Shown here in pieces: positions 47,112-59,722 of a stretch of 64,000 nucleotides of DNA. The notes below the pieces were generated by a model. The model was not told the DNA's origin, made no database searches, and saw nothing but the letters and a program-made list of their open reading frames with translations. Where the stretch lies: contig CM068743.1 in NCBI GenBank assembly GCA_035084275.1, forward strand, positions 115,692,001 to 115,756,000. Reading direction: 5' to 3'. The position numbers were made by a program, and so were the translations under genes. Source of the DNA: Hydrolagus colliei. Its lineage: Eukaryota. The stretch's first letter is position 1, and each line of letters begins with the position of its first letter.

Positions 47112-48492
47112 AAAACAACAACAACAAATTAGACTTATAGAGCGCCTTTCACGTCGGGAGGACGTCCCAAGGCGCTGCACAGGAGGCGTGTGACCCGAGC
47201 TGGGAGGGGAGTGTTCGGGAAGGGGTAAAAGACGTGGGGGAGGTTGAATAATTAATGGGGAAACAAAAGGCATGGTCGAAAAGGAAAGTCTTCAAACTGG
47301 CCTTGAAAGAGGAAAGGGAAGAAACAAGGCGGAGGGATTGGGGGATGGAATTCCATAGGGTGGGAGTGGAGAAGCTGAAGGCCCGTCCTCCGATGGTGGG
47401 GCGGTTCAGGCGGGGGGCTTGGAGCAATCCAAGTCCTGCTGAATGGAGGGTCCGGATGAAATTATAGGGGGAGAGTAAATCGGATAGGTAGGGCGGGGCA
47501 AGGCCGTGTAAGGCTTTGAAATTGAGGACAAGGATCTTGAACTCGATCCTCTGGGGGATGGGGAGCCAGTGGAGACGGGGCGAGGGTGGGGGTTATGTGG
47601 TCACGGAGGCGGGTGCGGGATAGTACACGGGCTGCAGAGTTTTGGATGACCTGCAGCCTGTGAATGGAGGAGCTGGGGAGGCCGACGAGGAGAGAGTTTC
47701 CGTAGTCCAGCCGTGAGGTGATGTACGCGTGCACGAGTGTTTCGGCAGCGTGGGGGGTGAGATAGTTGCGGAGCCTGGCAATGTTGTGCAGGTGGAAATA
47801 AGCGGTGCCGGTCAAGGCACAGATGTGGGGGAGGAAGGAGAGTTTATGGTCGAACATGATGCTGAGGTTCCTGACTGGCTTTGTGAGGTGGAGAGTACAG
47901 CCTTGGATGTTGAGGCTGGCAGCACCCGATGTGCGGAGGCGCTGGCTTGAGCCAATCAGGAGGGCCTCGGTCTTGCTCACGTTCAATTTGAGGAAGTTGT
48001 CCCTCGTCCAGGATTCGATGTCAGACAGACATGCTGTCAGAACATCGATGGTCTGGGGGTTGAGGGATGAGGCTGAGAGGTACAGTTGGGTGTCATCCAC
48101 ATACATGTGGAAATTTACCCCATGTTTGCGGATGACATCGCCTAGAGGGAGCGTGTAAATGGTGGAAAGGAGGGGGCCAAGGACAGAGCCCTGGGGGACA
48201 CCATGAGAAACTGTGCGGGGGTTTGAGGAAAAACCATTAGAAGATACAAAATGTAGGCGGTGGGTCAGGTAGGAATGGAACCAGTCAAGGACTGTGCCTT
48301 GAAGGTTGAGGTGGGAGGAAAGACGTTGGTGGAGGATGGTGTGATCGACTGTGTCGAACGCAGCAGACAGGTCAAGGAGGACGAGGAGGCAGAGGGAGCC
48401 CTGGTCGCAGGCGGTTAGGATGTCATTTGTAACCTTGACCAGGGCAGTTTTCGTGCTGTGAACAGGGCGGAAACCTGATTGGAAGGGTTCAA
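47112..48492 (-). mobile_element. Young 5'-truncated L2 LINE; RT domain open for ~310 codons, then a +1 frameshift near 47580
   Basis: EPFQSGFR..HST.TALVKV..D; LLDLSAAFDTVDH; GVPQGSVLGPLL; YVDDTQLY; 3' stem-loop and (TTG)n tail. Confidence 0.97.
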
Positions 48493-48601
48493 GTAAAAGC
48501 ATGAAGCTGGACAACTACACAATTTTAATATCAGTTTGAGCCTTGCAACCGCATTACGTTTAAAATATGATCTATATAAAGAATCTGCAAAACATAAAGG
48601 T

Positions 48602-48670
48602 AACTACAACAACAACTTCAATTTATATAGCGCCGTCCATGCCGAACGGTGTTTCAGAGCGCTTCACAAC
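48602..48670 (-). mobile_element. 3' tail of a different L2/SINE subfamily
   Basis: aacaacaacttcaatttatatagcgccgtccatgccgaacggtgtttcagagcgcttcac. Confidence 0.6.
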
Positions 48671-49764
48671 AATGGATCCCGGGCAGAGGTAGAAAGGGAC
48701 CAATTAAGACTTATTGCTCACAAATCTGGGCCCTTTAAACCGGGTTTGTAAATGAGAAAATCCTCTAGTGCTTTCAAGGACAGCTATCATTCTGCAAAAT
48801 GAATGCTGACACTACGTGAGGTAGCAGACATAGAAGCTGGAATAAATAGATAATTGGGGGTGGATAGAATACTTGTTTATAATGGATTGCTGCCAATTGT
48901 CAAACATTCTTCAAAACACACATGCACAGTTTTAAGAAGGATGTAACTCAGTAACTCAGGGCACTGATTCGGAAGAAGTCTGACATCCTTTAAACCAACT
49001 TAGGATCAATGTAATGTGGGGACAAAATACCCAACAGAAGTGCTTGCCAAAAAGACAAACTTCCATTTCTCAGTGTCAGCTTCCTATCTCTGCCTGGGAA
49101 ACATTGCTTAATCTACTGTTAACAGAAAAGCTACAAACACCAGACTAATGCGTGAAAAGGAGGGTGTGAAACAAGTAGAATTGGTGCTGTGGATTCCTAG
49201 TGCACCATCTTGTACAGGGATTGTCACGTTCAAAATGTATGATTTGCCTGGGACCAAGAACTTGCAGGTTCAGAAATAATTTAAAGCTTCTGGACTAATG
49301 GATTATTTGAAGAGTTGTCCTTTTTCACTTGTTTGTTCCACTGAGGCTTATAAATGGACTAATAGGTAATATTTGTAACTGACTGGCATCTTATAATTTA
49401 AATGGCAATTTGTCTTTATTTCTGGAATGCTTTCATGAAAAGGAAATTAGGTCAAAATGACAAGATTCTTCAACAGGTAAACAGATGTTTCTCTCTGGAA
49501 CTCATCTCAGAAGCCAATCTCAGTTTCGACTTTCAGATTGTAGGTTTGACCGCTGGCAGGAAATGGACGTGTGAGTGACATTCCACATTTACAGATCCTT
49601 TTGTAAATTTCAAAATTTAAACACCAATATAAAAGGGTACATGTTATTGGAGTACATAGCTTCCATGAAAAGGTTGGAACCTGCATTGCTTGATGGGCAA
49701 TGCAGGTTCTGTGCTATCATTTCTATGATTCAATGCCAGCCACCCCCATTTCCAGTGGTTAGTT

Positions 49765-49827
49765 CAACAACAACAAATTACATTTGTACAGCGCCTTTCA
49801 TGTCGGGAGGATATCCCAAAGTGCTGA
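49765..49827 (-). mobile_element. L2 3' tail only
   Basis: (aac)n aaattacatttgtacagcgcctttcatgtcgggaggatatcccaaagtgctg. Confidence 0.85.
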
Positions 49828-51832
49828 AACACCAGGGAATAATTGCAGTTCAAAACAAAAATCATACCAAGTTGGATTCTATTTCTGGAGATTTTCTTTG
49901 ACAGTGAACAGTTATTTTAGTGACATATCGTGGTTGCACTACGCAAGCTATGACCCAGAAATTATTCTTAGGAGAAAGGATGTGTAACACATACAAAGGG
50001 TAGGAATGTGTATGACCGGAAAAACTATTACAGAATGTCTGGTCTTTCTCATTTTGAAATACCATCTCAACCGATCACCCGATCTTCTCACCTTCAAAAT
50101 TTAAACGACACCTTGTTGCCTCCTCCCCTTTCCCTGGGTAGACTATTCCACATGCTAGCCCCCCCTATATGTAATGTAAGTATGTTCACCCTATTTCCTT
50201 CTGAGTCTGAGACTGTAAACCCTTGATGTGAGCCTCTTGATTAGACTGAATCACTTGACAGTGGAAATAAACTTTCCAAGATAATACAAGAAATTGTTGA
50301 AGGTGGTGGCAGCACAGAGCTGATTGAAATAGGGATGTCCTAAATGAAACTCAATCTAAATTTGTTGTAGATATTGAACGAAGCTCTGGAAATAGGCAAA
50401 CTGTTTGCCATTTGTAGTTTGTTTCATCACATGTTGCCAAAAAATAATGTAGCGTTATGCCCAGTTTCTCTTATGCAGTAATACAAATCATGCACAGATT
50501 ATTTCAATAAGACTCTATTGAGTATCAGCTTTAAAAACTACAAGGACATCGTGCACAAAATTGAAAGTAATTGTTTTTGAAACATGAGCTTACCATTCAC
50601 GACACCAAGTCTGGCTGCGCTCTTTCTTCATGCATATTTCCATGAGATCCCTCTGATTTATTGCTGTGTTGGCGTTGACAGATTCTTCATGTTTTCAGCA
50701 TTGATTTCCTGCAGGCTGGGGCTTTGGTTCTCTGAAGTTCAGATTGTGGAGATGTGCACTGGCTGGAAGATGCGTGCAGACAAACAGGATGATTTGCTCC
50801 CATTTGCCCCAGTGTAAAGCAACATTTGGTTTGTGTCACATTTAACAACATGGATAAGCACCATTAAAAGGAAGATGTGGACAGCACCATTAAAATATAT
50901 CTGACGTTACTCCAATACCATGGCCCCACAGTAGTGCATTGCACTACTTTTCAATTGGCATGCAAATTATACACATTATATATCGTACAAAGTATTTCAC
51001 TTGTTTTAAAACGATGCTATAAAAATACTAATGCCACAATTCTAGAGCCTGGAGGCAGCTTCTGCCTGTTGCAATTCACTGCTCCATTATTCTAAGGGTA
51101 TGAGCAGGTGGACCACATTGGAGTTTAACATCATCATGTTTTACAATGTACCCTTGACAATAAAATATACACAGTCGCTTTACTTTACTATAAATTCTGT
51201 GAAGGGCTTGAGATATCTTTCGAATATGAAAGACAATGTATCACTTGCAATTTTTGCCTACAAAGTACAATCAAAACCACTTGGGTATTTCCTGTGACGC
51301 GCTTTGAGACATCTTGATGAAGTACGTAATAAGGCATCTTGTTATCAAATGCAATGATTGCTATTAACATTTATTATAGTGTATTGCTTTTCTTTATTTC
51401 ATGGAAGCATAACAATTAGAGAATAGGAAGAGGCCATTCTGCCATTGAGCCAAGGTTGATGCTGGCTCATCCACTGGAGCTATCTACTCCAATACCAACT
51501 TGTTATTTTTTACTTTATCTTTTATATATTCTTCCTCTTTAAAACTTTCTGCATATGAATTGCCTTTATGGTCTCAGCCCCAAAACATGCTTGTGGAAAG
51601 CATTCCATCTTCTCATAGCCTTCTGTATGAAAACAAATCTTCTAATCTCCACAATAATTCTTCCAGTGAAAACACTGAGTTTATAATCCCTTTTAGTTAA
51701 TTTACTGATTTGCTGGATGACTTTTTACCTTAACGGTAGCTACACAACAATGGTTGTATAGAGGATCCCAGAAATGCTCTGTGGCTTTGCTCAATACACT
51801 AATAGTTGTAAATCTTATTTATGCAGTTCATA

Positions 51833-52555
51833 AACAACAACAATAACATAATTACATTTGTATAGTGCCTTTCACATTGGGAAGCCCAGGTGCTGGACAG
51901 TCAGTGTTTCAGATCCGAGCTGGGATCAAGAATAGGGAGGGTGGAGGGATGGGAGAGGACAGGGGTGACTGAAGGCACAGTCGAAGAGGAGGTTCTTGAG
52001 GTGGAACATGAAGGAGGTTAGGGAAGGGGCGAGGTGGAGGGATTGTGGGGTGGAATTTCAAAGGTTGGGGGCAGATGGAGGGAGCGGACAGGTTAGGAGA
52101 GATAGGGATAGCAAGGCTATGGAGGGCTTTAAAGGTGAGGGCAAGGATCTTGCATTGAATCCTCTGGGTGACGAGAAGCCAGTGGAGTCGGGTGGGAATG
52201 AGGATGATAGGGTGTGGGGGAGAACACAGTCTGCAGAGTTCTGGATGATCTGCAGCCTACGAGGGAGAAGTTAGGGAGGCCGACAACCATAGTGCAGCCT
52301 GGATGTAATGAAGGCATGAATGAGAGTTTCAGGAGCCTGAGGGGTGAGGTAGTGGCGGAGTCATCCAGTGTTGAGGAGGTGAGGGAAGGCAGAGCGGGTC
52401 ATGACATGGATGTGGGGGAGAAAAGACAGTTGAGAATTGAATAAGACACCCAGTTTCCTGACAGGCTTGGTGAGGTGGCATGTGCTGCAATAGAGGATGA
52501 TGCTGCCAGTGCCTGAGGTATGGATGTTGAAAAGGAGAGGGCCAAGGACAGGAAA
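51833..52555 (-). mobile_element. L2 LINE 3' part with internal deletions
   Basis: PVLGPLLFNI; HLTKPVRKLGVLFNSQLSFLPHI; tail (aac)n. Confidence 0.9.
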
Positions 52556-53223
52556 AACTTTTTGATTACCATGAGCTACTGCTTTCTTGCTGGGTAATGA
52601 CACATATCATATGCAAAATGTTTGATCATAAGAAGACATGTAGAGGTTTTGTTGTTATTGATGCAGATGCAACTCCAGTCAGCTAGTGTTGTCACAGTTA
52701 CAGTATTGCGCTCCTCAATGTTATGATAATGTACATGTCTTCCCATCTAATTCTTATGCTATTGAGGAATTGCTCCTCTATCTTTGCTGTGGATGGACTT
52801 TGAACTCTCTGTGCTGCCATTTATTATACAAAACTGGAAAGAATGATCTGCTCTCCAGGTGTTATCTCCCTGGAGGGCTAGAGTGTTTGCCAAGAAAATA
52901 GTTGTTGCATTTTACATTGTTGCTGAGTGTGACCAAGTTGACTTGTGGAACATTGAGGTAGAGGTATTAAGCAGGGCAATTTCAAATGGGATTTCCTAAT
53001 TTAAAGGACGTGAGTGGGATTCTCATGGTAACCAGAAGCATGTTAATGCTGACCCCTGAAATTCTGCTCCAAAAGTAGATTGCATCAGAGTGTCCTGACG
53101 CGCAGAGTGACAAACTTCCACCAGCTCCAATAATTCTGTTGCCTTTTCTTTTGTACCACTGCAACTGCCATCAACTACGGCAGAGGTGAACAGACCATGC
53201 CATCCTGGAACTGGCCTCAGCAG

Positions 53224-53546
53224 ATAATAATAATAATCAAGATAATAATCCTTGCATTTGATTTAGTGCTTTTCATGTCTTCTAGATGTCTCAAAGCACT
53301 TCACAGGATATACTGTGAAGTGAGTTGACTGCATATTGGTGGGCAAAATACGGCAGCCAATTGCGCACAGCAGTGTCCCACAAACAGTGATGGATTGAAA
53401 TGACCAATTTATTATTGTTGTTTTTGGAGAGATTATCATTAGGTATGTAGAGTAAGGAAACTTGCCAAGGTTTTGCCCTGCCTGGATTCGAACACAGGTC
53501 TCACGTTTGTAAGGTGAATGCTCTAATCACTGAGCTACAGGACTCC
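53224..53546 (-). mobile_element. tRNA-SINE, short form, full length
   Basis: Colinear with 42945-43261 and 59417-59722. Confidence 0.9.
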
Positions 53547-53659
53547 AGATAGTTGTAGTTGTCATTGCACTTCACTTAATTTACACACTTAATTCACATC
53601 TCAGCTGATGCTATATTTCTCTTGGCAAAGATTCCTGATATTAATTTGACAACACTAGA

Positions 53660-54167
53660 CTGAGATGGCTTCCCATCACGCAGAGGATATAGTTCAAGAT
53701 CCTGGTCATCACTTTCAAAGCCCACCTTGGCCTTTCACCCCCTACTCTGTGACCTTCTAACCCCTACCAATCTGCCTGCTTCATGTCCCCGCCCCATCAT
53801 TGGCAGGTGGGCCTTCAGCCAATCTGCCCTACCTCTGGGAACCTATCCTGCAGTCCCTCTACCTTGCACCTTCCCATGCCACCTTCATGACCTGTATCAA
53901 GACCCTCCTCTTCAACCGTGCCTTTGGTTACCCTCTTTTTCTCCTGCCCCCACCACCCCAACTGTCCAGTGCTTTTGGACTTCCTTCCGACATGGAAGGC
54001 GCTATACAAATCTATTTTGTTGTTCTTTGTTGTTACCACACACACAGAATCACCACTATTTTCAGCATTTATCAACAACAAAGTTGAGAATAGGATCTTG
54101 GACAACATAGTATCCTGATGAGAAAGGCGCTATACAAGTGTAATTTTGTTGCTGTTTTTGTTGTTGT
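53660..54167 (+). mobile_element. L2 3' fragment (53660-54035) plus a second short L2 tail (54115-54167)
   Basis: WLPITQRI.FKIL; CIKTLLFNRAF; two aaggcgctataca...(ttg)n tails. Confidence 0.85.
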
Positions 54168-54184
54168 ATCCACTAATACATAAA

Positions 54185-54440
54185 TGGAAGTTGCTGGGAA
54201 CTCTCAGCAGGTCATATATACAGTACAGTATATGTGTACCCTTTGGGAAAAGGAAACTGAGTCAAGGTTTCAGATTCACAACTGTTTTTTGAAACTGTGG
54301 CATGTTGGGAGGAAGAGGCTTTTAAGGATAAACAGAGAGGGGAGAAGTAGGGCAAGGTAGACAAAAGAGAAAATGGGGTAGAGGACAAGGGGTGTTAACG
54401 GTGCAAAACAAAGTGGGCAACAAAACAGGAGAGATGGGGT
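54185..54440 (-). mobile_element. Penelope-like fragment
   Basis: gctgggaactctcagcaggtc...ggaaaaggaaactgagtcaaggtttcag resembles 1520-1535 and the reverse complement of 18340-18380. Confidence 0.5.
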
Positions 54441-54630
54441 CACAGGGGTTTGGAATGGTAGAGGACACGGGCAGCAGAGTTCTGGATTATCTGCAAACTA
54501 TGGAGGGAGGAATTGGGAAGGCCAATAAGCAGGGCATTTGCATAGTCGAGCCGGGATGTAATGAAGGCATGAATGAGGGTGAGATAGTGGCCGAGTCGGG
54601 CAATAATTCGGAGATGAGGAAAGGCAGAGA
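54440..54630 (-). mobile_element. Internal L2 ORF2 fragment
   Basis: AFPHLRIIARL...LIHAFITSRLDYANALLIGLPNSSLHSLQIIQNSAARVL. Confidence 0.9.
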
Positions 54631-54764
54631 CACATCTTTTCTCTCCCTGGTCTGACATTTTTACTTAAATTTTACCCCTACCCCATCAATAATTGCAATA
54701 TTGACACCTCTTTTCCTCTACTTTGTTGCCCCCTTTGTTTTGCACTGTTAACACCTCTTTAACA

Positions 54765-55065
54765 TAGTATCCCTTGTAAAGTGAATTGATTGTATTTTTT
54801 GTGTTTGAAATGTGGCAGCCAATTGGGCATAGCAGTGTCCCACAAACAGTCATGAATGGAATGACCAATTTATTTTTTTTGGAAGGAATTATTACCCCTG
54901 GAAAAGCAATCCACCAATTGACAAACAACCAAATTCCTACTTATGCTACATAAAATAGAGGCCTGTGGAGTAAGTTAACTTGCCCAATATTTCACCCTGC
55001 CGGGAATCAAACCCAGGTCTCTTGCTTGCAATGTGAGTGGTCTAACCACTGAGCTGCAGGAGTCC
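54765..55065 (-). mobile_element. tRNA-SINE, long form
   Basis: Same head as the short form plus a central insert (~54895-54962) homologous to 32248-32312. Confidence 0.85.
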
Positions 55066-56175
55066 ACTTGTGAATGTTGTGCAAATAACTGTGTGTTCTG
55101 AGGTTGAATGGTTTAAATGGTTACCGTCCACTTGTCAATAAATGTATCAACCCATTGCTGCTTATAGCATTTATGGGAAGGAGAAGGTGAAATGTGTTTA
55201 TGTGTCATAACAATTAGCACATCATATACCAAAGTTCCCCTTTGAGTTGCTACTATCACTGCACCACTACAGCTATGTCTGGCAACTAGAAGCCAATCAT
55301 TGCATTACATCAGAGTAACACACACTGAGGGAACATGGGGAAGCAGTGCTAAAGGCGGCGGCATCACTCGGAGGAATGAACGGGGAAACAGGCCCATATA
55401 TATACAGACAGACATTCATTCTGGTAAACAAATGCCATGTCTGCAGAATGCCAGAGATAAGGAATTAAAAATAATCTCTACTGGCTCTTCACTGGAGAGC
55501 TAAATTGAGGCCTCGCTCTTGTGGAATTCTGCCTCTCTGCTAACTTGACGGGTCACCCCCATTAGTGCAGTGTCTGTGATTGGTAAATTGTAATCTCTCA
55601 TGATCCTTCTGAAAAGCGGGATATGATAATTTAGTGAGTGCAGTTCAAGGCAGAAGAAATCTAAAATCAATGCATCTTTAAATCCTGCAGTTGGGGTCTG
55701 TCCAGTGCCAGTAAAGACATCTTTCTCATTAAGCTGCTCATAGCCAAAGAATCACAGATGTAGTTGCTGTGTTTGTTCGTCTGTTTCTATAAATCTGGCT
55801 ATAATCCCGCAGTTTTTAAAGAGATGTGATACCCTCAATGCTGGACCACTTAGTCTTTAACCCTTTGATGACTATGGCAGTATGTTTGCAATTTTTCTTT
55901 AAAAAATTGATAATCACCAATATCTGGAAACATTTAAATAAGAGGCGGATTCATCGTGCTGCTTTCACCACCCAGTGTATTTTAGCATTATAGCAAAGGT
56001 GTGTGCTGAAACAGATTAACAGAGTGATACACTCAACATACACCTACCTATTTACTCATCACTGTATTGCATTCTATTTCCAGTTTAGGAATTTCACACA
56101 AAGTACAATGTTGTTTCAAGTGGATTATCACATCTAAACCTCAAAGAAATTAATTAATCAAAGTAATTGCTGTTG

Positions 56176-56385
56176 GTCAGCCTGGTTCAGTTGGTTGGTA
56201 ACACTCGCACCTCTAAATCAGAGGTTTTGGGTTCAATCCCCTTGTTGGGACTTTTGATTCAGTCTAGGCTGACATTCCAGTGCAGTGCTGGAGTGCTTTG
56301 GATGAAACATTAACTGAGGACGCGAGAACCTGTTCAGATGTATATTTTATTACACTATTCAGAAAGAGAAGGGAATTTCTCATCA
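56176..56385 (+). mobile_element. Deu-domain SINE, 5' part
   Basis: gggttcaatccc...tctaggctgacattccagtgcagtgctg...ttggatgaaacattaactgagg. Confidence 0.75.
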
Positions 56386-56944
56386 TGATAGCTCCATTAG
56401 TTGAGAGATGAACTGTAACTCCTCCAACTGGTTATTCAGCTGCAGATGAATCTCAACCTTAAATTTGTTCCTTGTTTAATTCAATGGACCACGTACCACC
56501 TGCTTAATGATATTCAATCCCAATAGTCCTGTAAGGTTAACATTAATCTACCCTTTCATCACTGTGTACTTAAACTGACTATTCTGTTTGCTTGACAATA
56601 AACATATTACTGAAATGTATTAAATATTAAATATAGAATGGACACAAAAAACTAAAAACATGTTGACATGTTTCAGAATAAGCCCATCAACTCAAATTAT
56701 TTTAACAAAAGATTCATACAGTCAAAATTTGGTTTTATGACATTGCAGCCATAATGGGGTCTAGATGCCTGTGTCATCTTTTTAGCTATACCAAACCATC
56801 AAATATGCTATCTGCATTCTGCTTACTGCATTTTAGGCTCAGGAGGGTTCAAATCTGAGAGCTCCATTTTAACCAATTAGAAGTGGTGTTCAGTTCACAA
56901 CTCTCTAATTGGTTTAACAAGTCTATTGAGGTATTGACAATACA

Positions 56945-57200
56945 TAATACAATCCTTGCATTTGGTATGGCATCTTCCACATCAAGAGGTTAAAGCACTC
57001 CACAGGATTTATTGCAATATGTAGTGACCCTGTATTTTGTAGCTAACACAGTAGCCAATTTGTATATAGCAACAAACAGTCAGTCATGAGGGAATGATCA
57101 ATTTTATCTGGGGGATTTTATCTGGGACTGGCCACTGGGGGAAACTTCCTTCAGTTTTCGAGTGATGCCATGTGGGTATCTGAACAGGCAGACAGGATTT
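56945..57200 (-). mobile_element. Deu-SINE 3' part
   Basis: aatccttgcatttgg...caggatttattg...caattttatctgggg...gccatg. Confidence 0.7.
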
Positions 57201-57344
57201 TTTGTTATTTTAAGTATAGGAGAAGAGATATTTCAGCAAACATTCATCAATTTAATGGCAGAATTTGGAGAGTTAAATACCCCAACCCATATTAAAATCC
57301 TGTAGAAAAATTCTGTAGATATTTATCCCAGTGTTAAACCCTTC

Positions 57345-57781
57345 GAGTTCAAGATCCTCGTCCTCACCTACAAGGCCTTACACGGCCTTGCCCCACCCTA
57401 TTTAACCGATCTACTCTCCCCCTACACGCCCACCCGGACCCTCCGTTCAACAGGACTTGGCTTGCTCCAAGCCCCCCGCCCGAACCGCCCCACCATCGGA
57501 GGCCGGGCCTTCAGTTTCTCCGCTCCCACCCTATGGAATGCCATCCCTCAATCCCTCCGTTTCATCTCTTCCCTTTCCTCTTTCAAGGCCGGTTTGAAGA
57601 CTTTCCTCTTCGATCGTGCCTTTTGTTCCACCCTGAACTCTTTTACCTCCCCTTCGTGTTTCACCCCTTCCCAAACACTCCCTTCCCAGCTCGGGTCACA
57701 CGCCTCCTGTGCAGCGCCTTGGGACGTCCTCCCGACGTGAAAGGCGCTCTATAAATGTAATTTGTTGTTGTTGTTGTTGTT
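57345..57781 (+). mobile_element. Young L2 3' fragment
   Basis: EFKILVLTYKALHGLAPPYL...FKAGLKTFLFDRAF; closely matches 47112-47545 in opposite orientation. Confidence 0.97.
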
Positions 57782-58604
57782 CTGTTATTGTAAAATGCTA
57801 ATTTGGTTTTCATTAACAATAAATCACAAATTAGTGTTACTGTAGCCTGGGAATTCTACTGTTTCAGAAATTATTATTATCAAATAATAAACCTTGCATT
57901 TTATATACAAAGATTGATATCATTGATTAAGTGATGGTTTTAATGAACAGTTTGCTGATAATAGTTCAATTTTATCTCAGAAGTAACGTTTTTCAACAAT
58001 TCTTCATTTTGAATACACCAATTCAAATTTACAGTTACAACAAGAAAGAATTTACAATAGTTCAAAAAATATCCCATTTAGACACCCAATTTGATTGCAT
58101 TTCCTTTTCTGAGTTTTACATAGAGTTGAGACTGTTATCTTAACTAATTTAGAACTTCCTTTAGGGATGTTGTTTTGTGGAGTTGTTCCTATAGAAATGG
58201 TAAAGTGCTGAGGGCTGATGTCTGGTTGAGTTTGATGTGTCCCATCACACAAAGGGTACAATTTACAGTGTTACTCAAATGGATTTCTTAATAAGGGATG
58301 TAAGGATTGTAGTCAGAAATACTTCACACTGGCCACAGACATTCTCTCTTGAGTTTCCCAGTTTAATATTATGTTACATTCATCAAGATTCTAATAGATG
58401 TGGGAAAATAAATCCTATCTGATTTATAAACCATATTTTGCTGCATCTCATGGAATCTATCATAATGCTTTGAGATAATTTTTTTCCAGGTTGCACATAT
58501 TACTGAGTTAATTTAAAGGCTATGATTTTGGGAAACTCCTTACCTTGATAAATGTGACTTTCGTTTCAATAAAGAATGTTTAAATCTTTTGTCAAATATT
58601 TATA

Positions 58605-58912
58605 GGATGTCTCAGAGGGTTTCATAGGAATTAATGCAAAGGATAGTTATGCCATATTTTGTGGGAAAATGTGATAGTGAATTTTAACTGAGGGATTATG
58701 GGACAAAATACCAGGAGATAATTCCATCTTTTTCCGAATAGAGTCATGGATCTTTAACATCAACCTGAAAAGGTAGATGGGGAATTGGAGAATTGGTTTA
58801 ATGTCTCCTCCAAAGAGCAGCACCCCCAACAATGAAGCACTTTGCAGGACAGTATTAAAGTGTTTAATAGACCATATGAGTTCAAAGTCCCAAGGTGAGG
58901 CTTGAACCCTCA
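58605..58912 (-). mobile_element. Deu-domain SINE
   Basis: catggatctttaacatc...ggtttaatgtctc...cttgaaccc. Confidence 0.7.
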
Positions 58913-59416
58913 GCAGCTCTTAATGTAAAGCTTGATGACAGTACTGCAATGTGAATCCTTCAATTCAAGAGTGAAGATCATATCTCCAAAGTGTCCTTCC
59001 TAATGACAATACTCATCTCTTTCCCCCAGCTGTCATTTGCCACAATCCAGTTGTTTCTTTACATGTCATGCTATTGTCATTGTCCAAAGTCAAGTGAGTG
59101 GCCTCAGTTGTTTTTTTTGCTGGCAACAACATGGGAAACAAGTCACAGGGCTGAAAATTACAACATGTGATGTGTTAAAGTAGGAAATGTTGCCCTGTTG
59201 TATCAAATGGATCCTCCGCCTCTCCTATCATGGGCACATGGTCTGGCCCAGAGCTGACTGTTCATTTGAGTGTTATTTACTGGGAGACCATCTTACTTCT
59301 ACAACAATCTGAGTAAAGCAGGTGGGATGCTGTCCAGCAATCCATGGTGTGGCCATCTTTGGGCCTAACCATGTTAGAGGCGGAGGGCACTGTTACACCT
59401 ACAGATTAATCATTAG

Positions 59417-59722
59417 AATAATAACAATCTTTGCATTTGATGTAGCGCTTTTCACGTATTGTAGATGTCCCAAAGAGCTTCACAGAATATGCCGTAAAGT
59501 GAATTGACTATATATGTTGGTGAAACGCGGCAGCCAATTGTGCATAGCAGTGTCCCACAAACACTCGTGGATTAAAATGACCAACTCCTTATTGTTTTTT
59601 TGAGGAATTATTATCAGACGTGTGGAGTAAAGAAACTTGCCCAAGGTTTCACCCTGCCTGGAATGGAACCCAGGTCTCTCGCTTGTAAGGCGAGTGCACT
59701 AACCACTGAGCTACAGGACTCC
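59417..59722 (-). mobile_element. tRNA-SINE, short form, full length
   Basis: Reverse complement ggagtcctgtagctcagtggttagtgcactcgccttacaagcgagagacctgggttccattccaggc... Confidence 0.9.

Noticed and set aside
47462-48514. 350-aa ORF as a cellular gene
   Set aside because: It is a 5'-truncated L2 ORF2 RT domain. The start codon comes from flanking DNA and the C-terminus is frameshifted.
56868-56917. aaccaattag...ctaattggtt hairpin
   Set aside because: Only a 10-bp perfect AT-rich stem; too weak to call.
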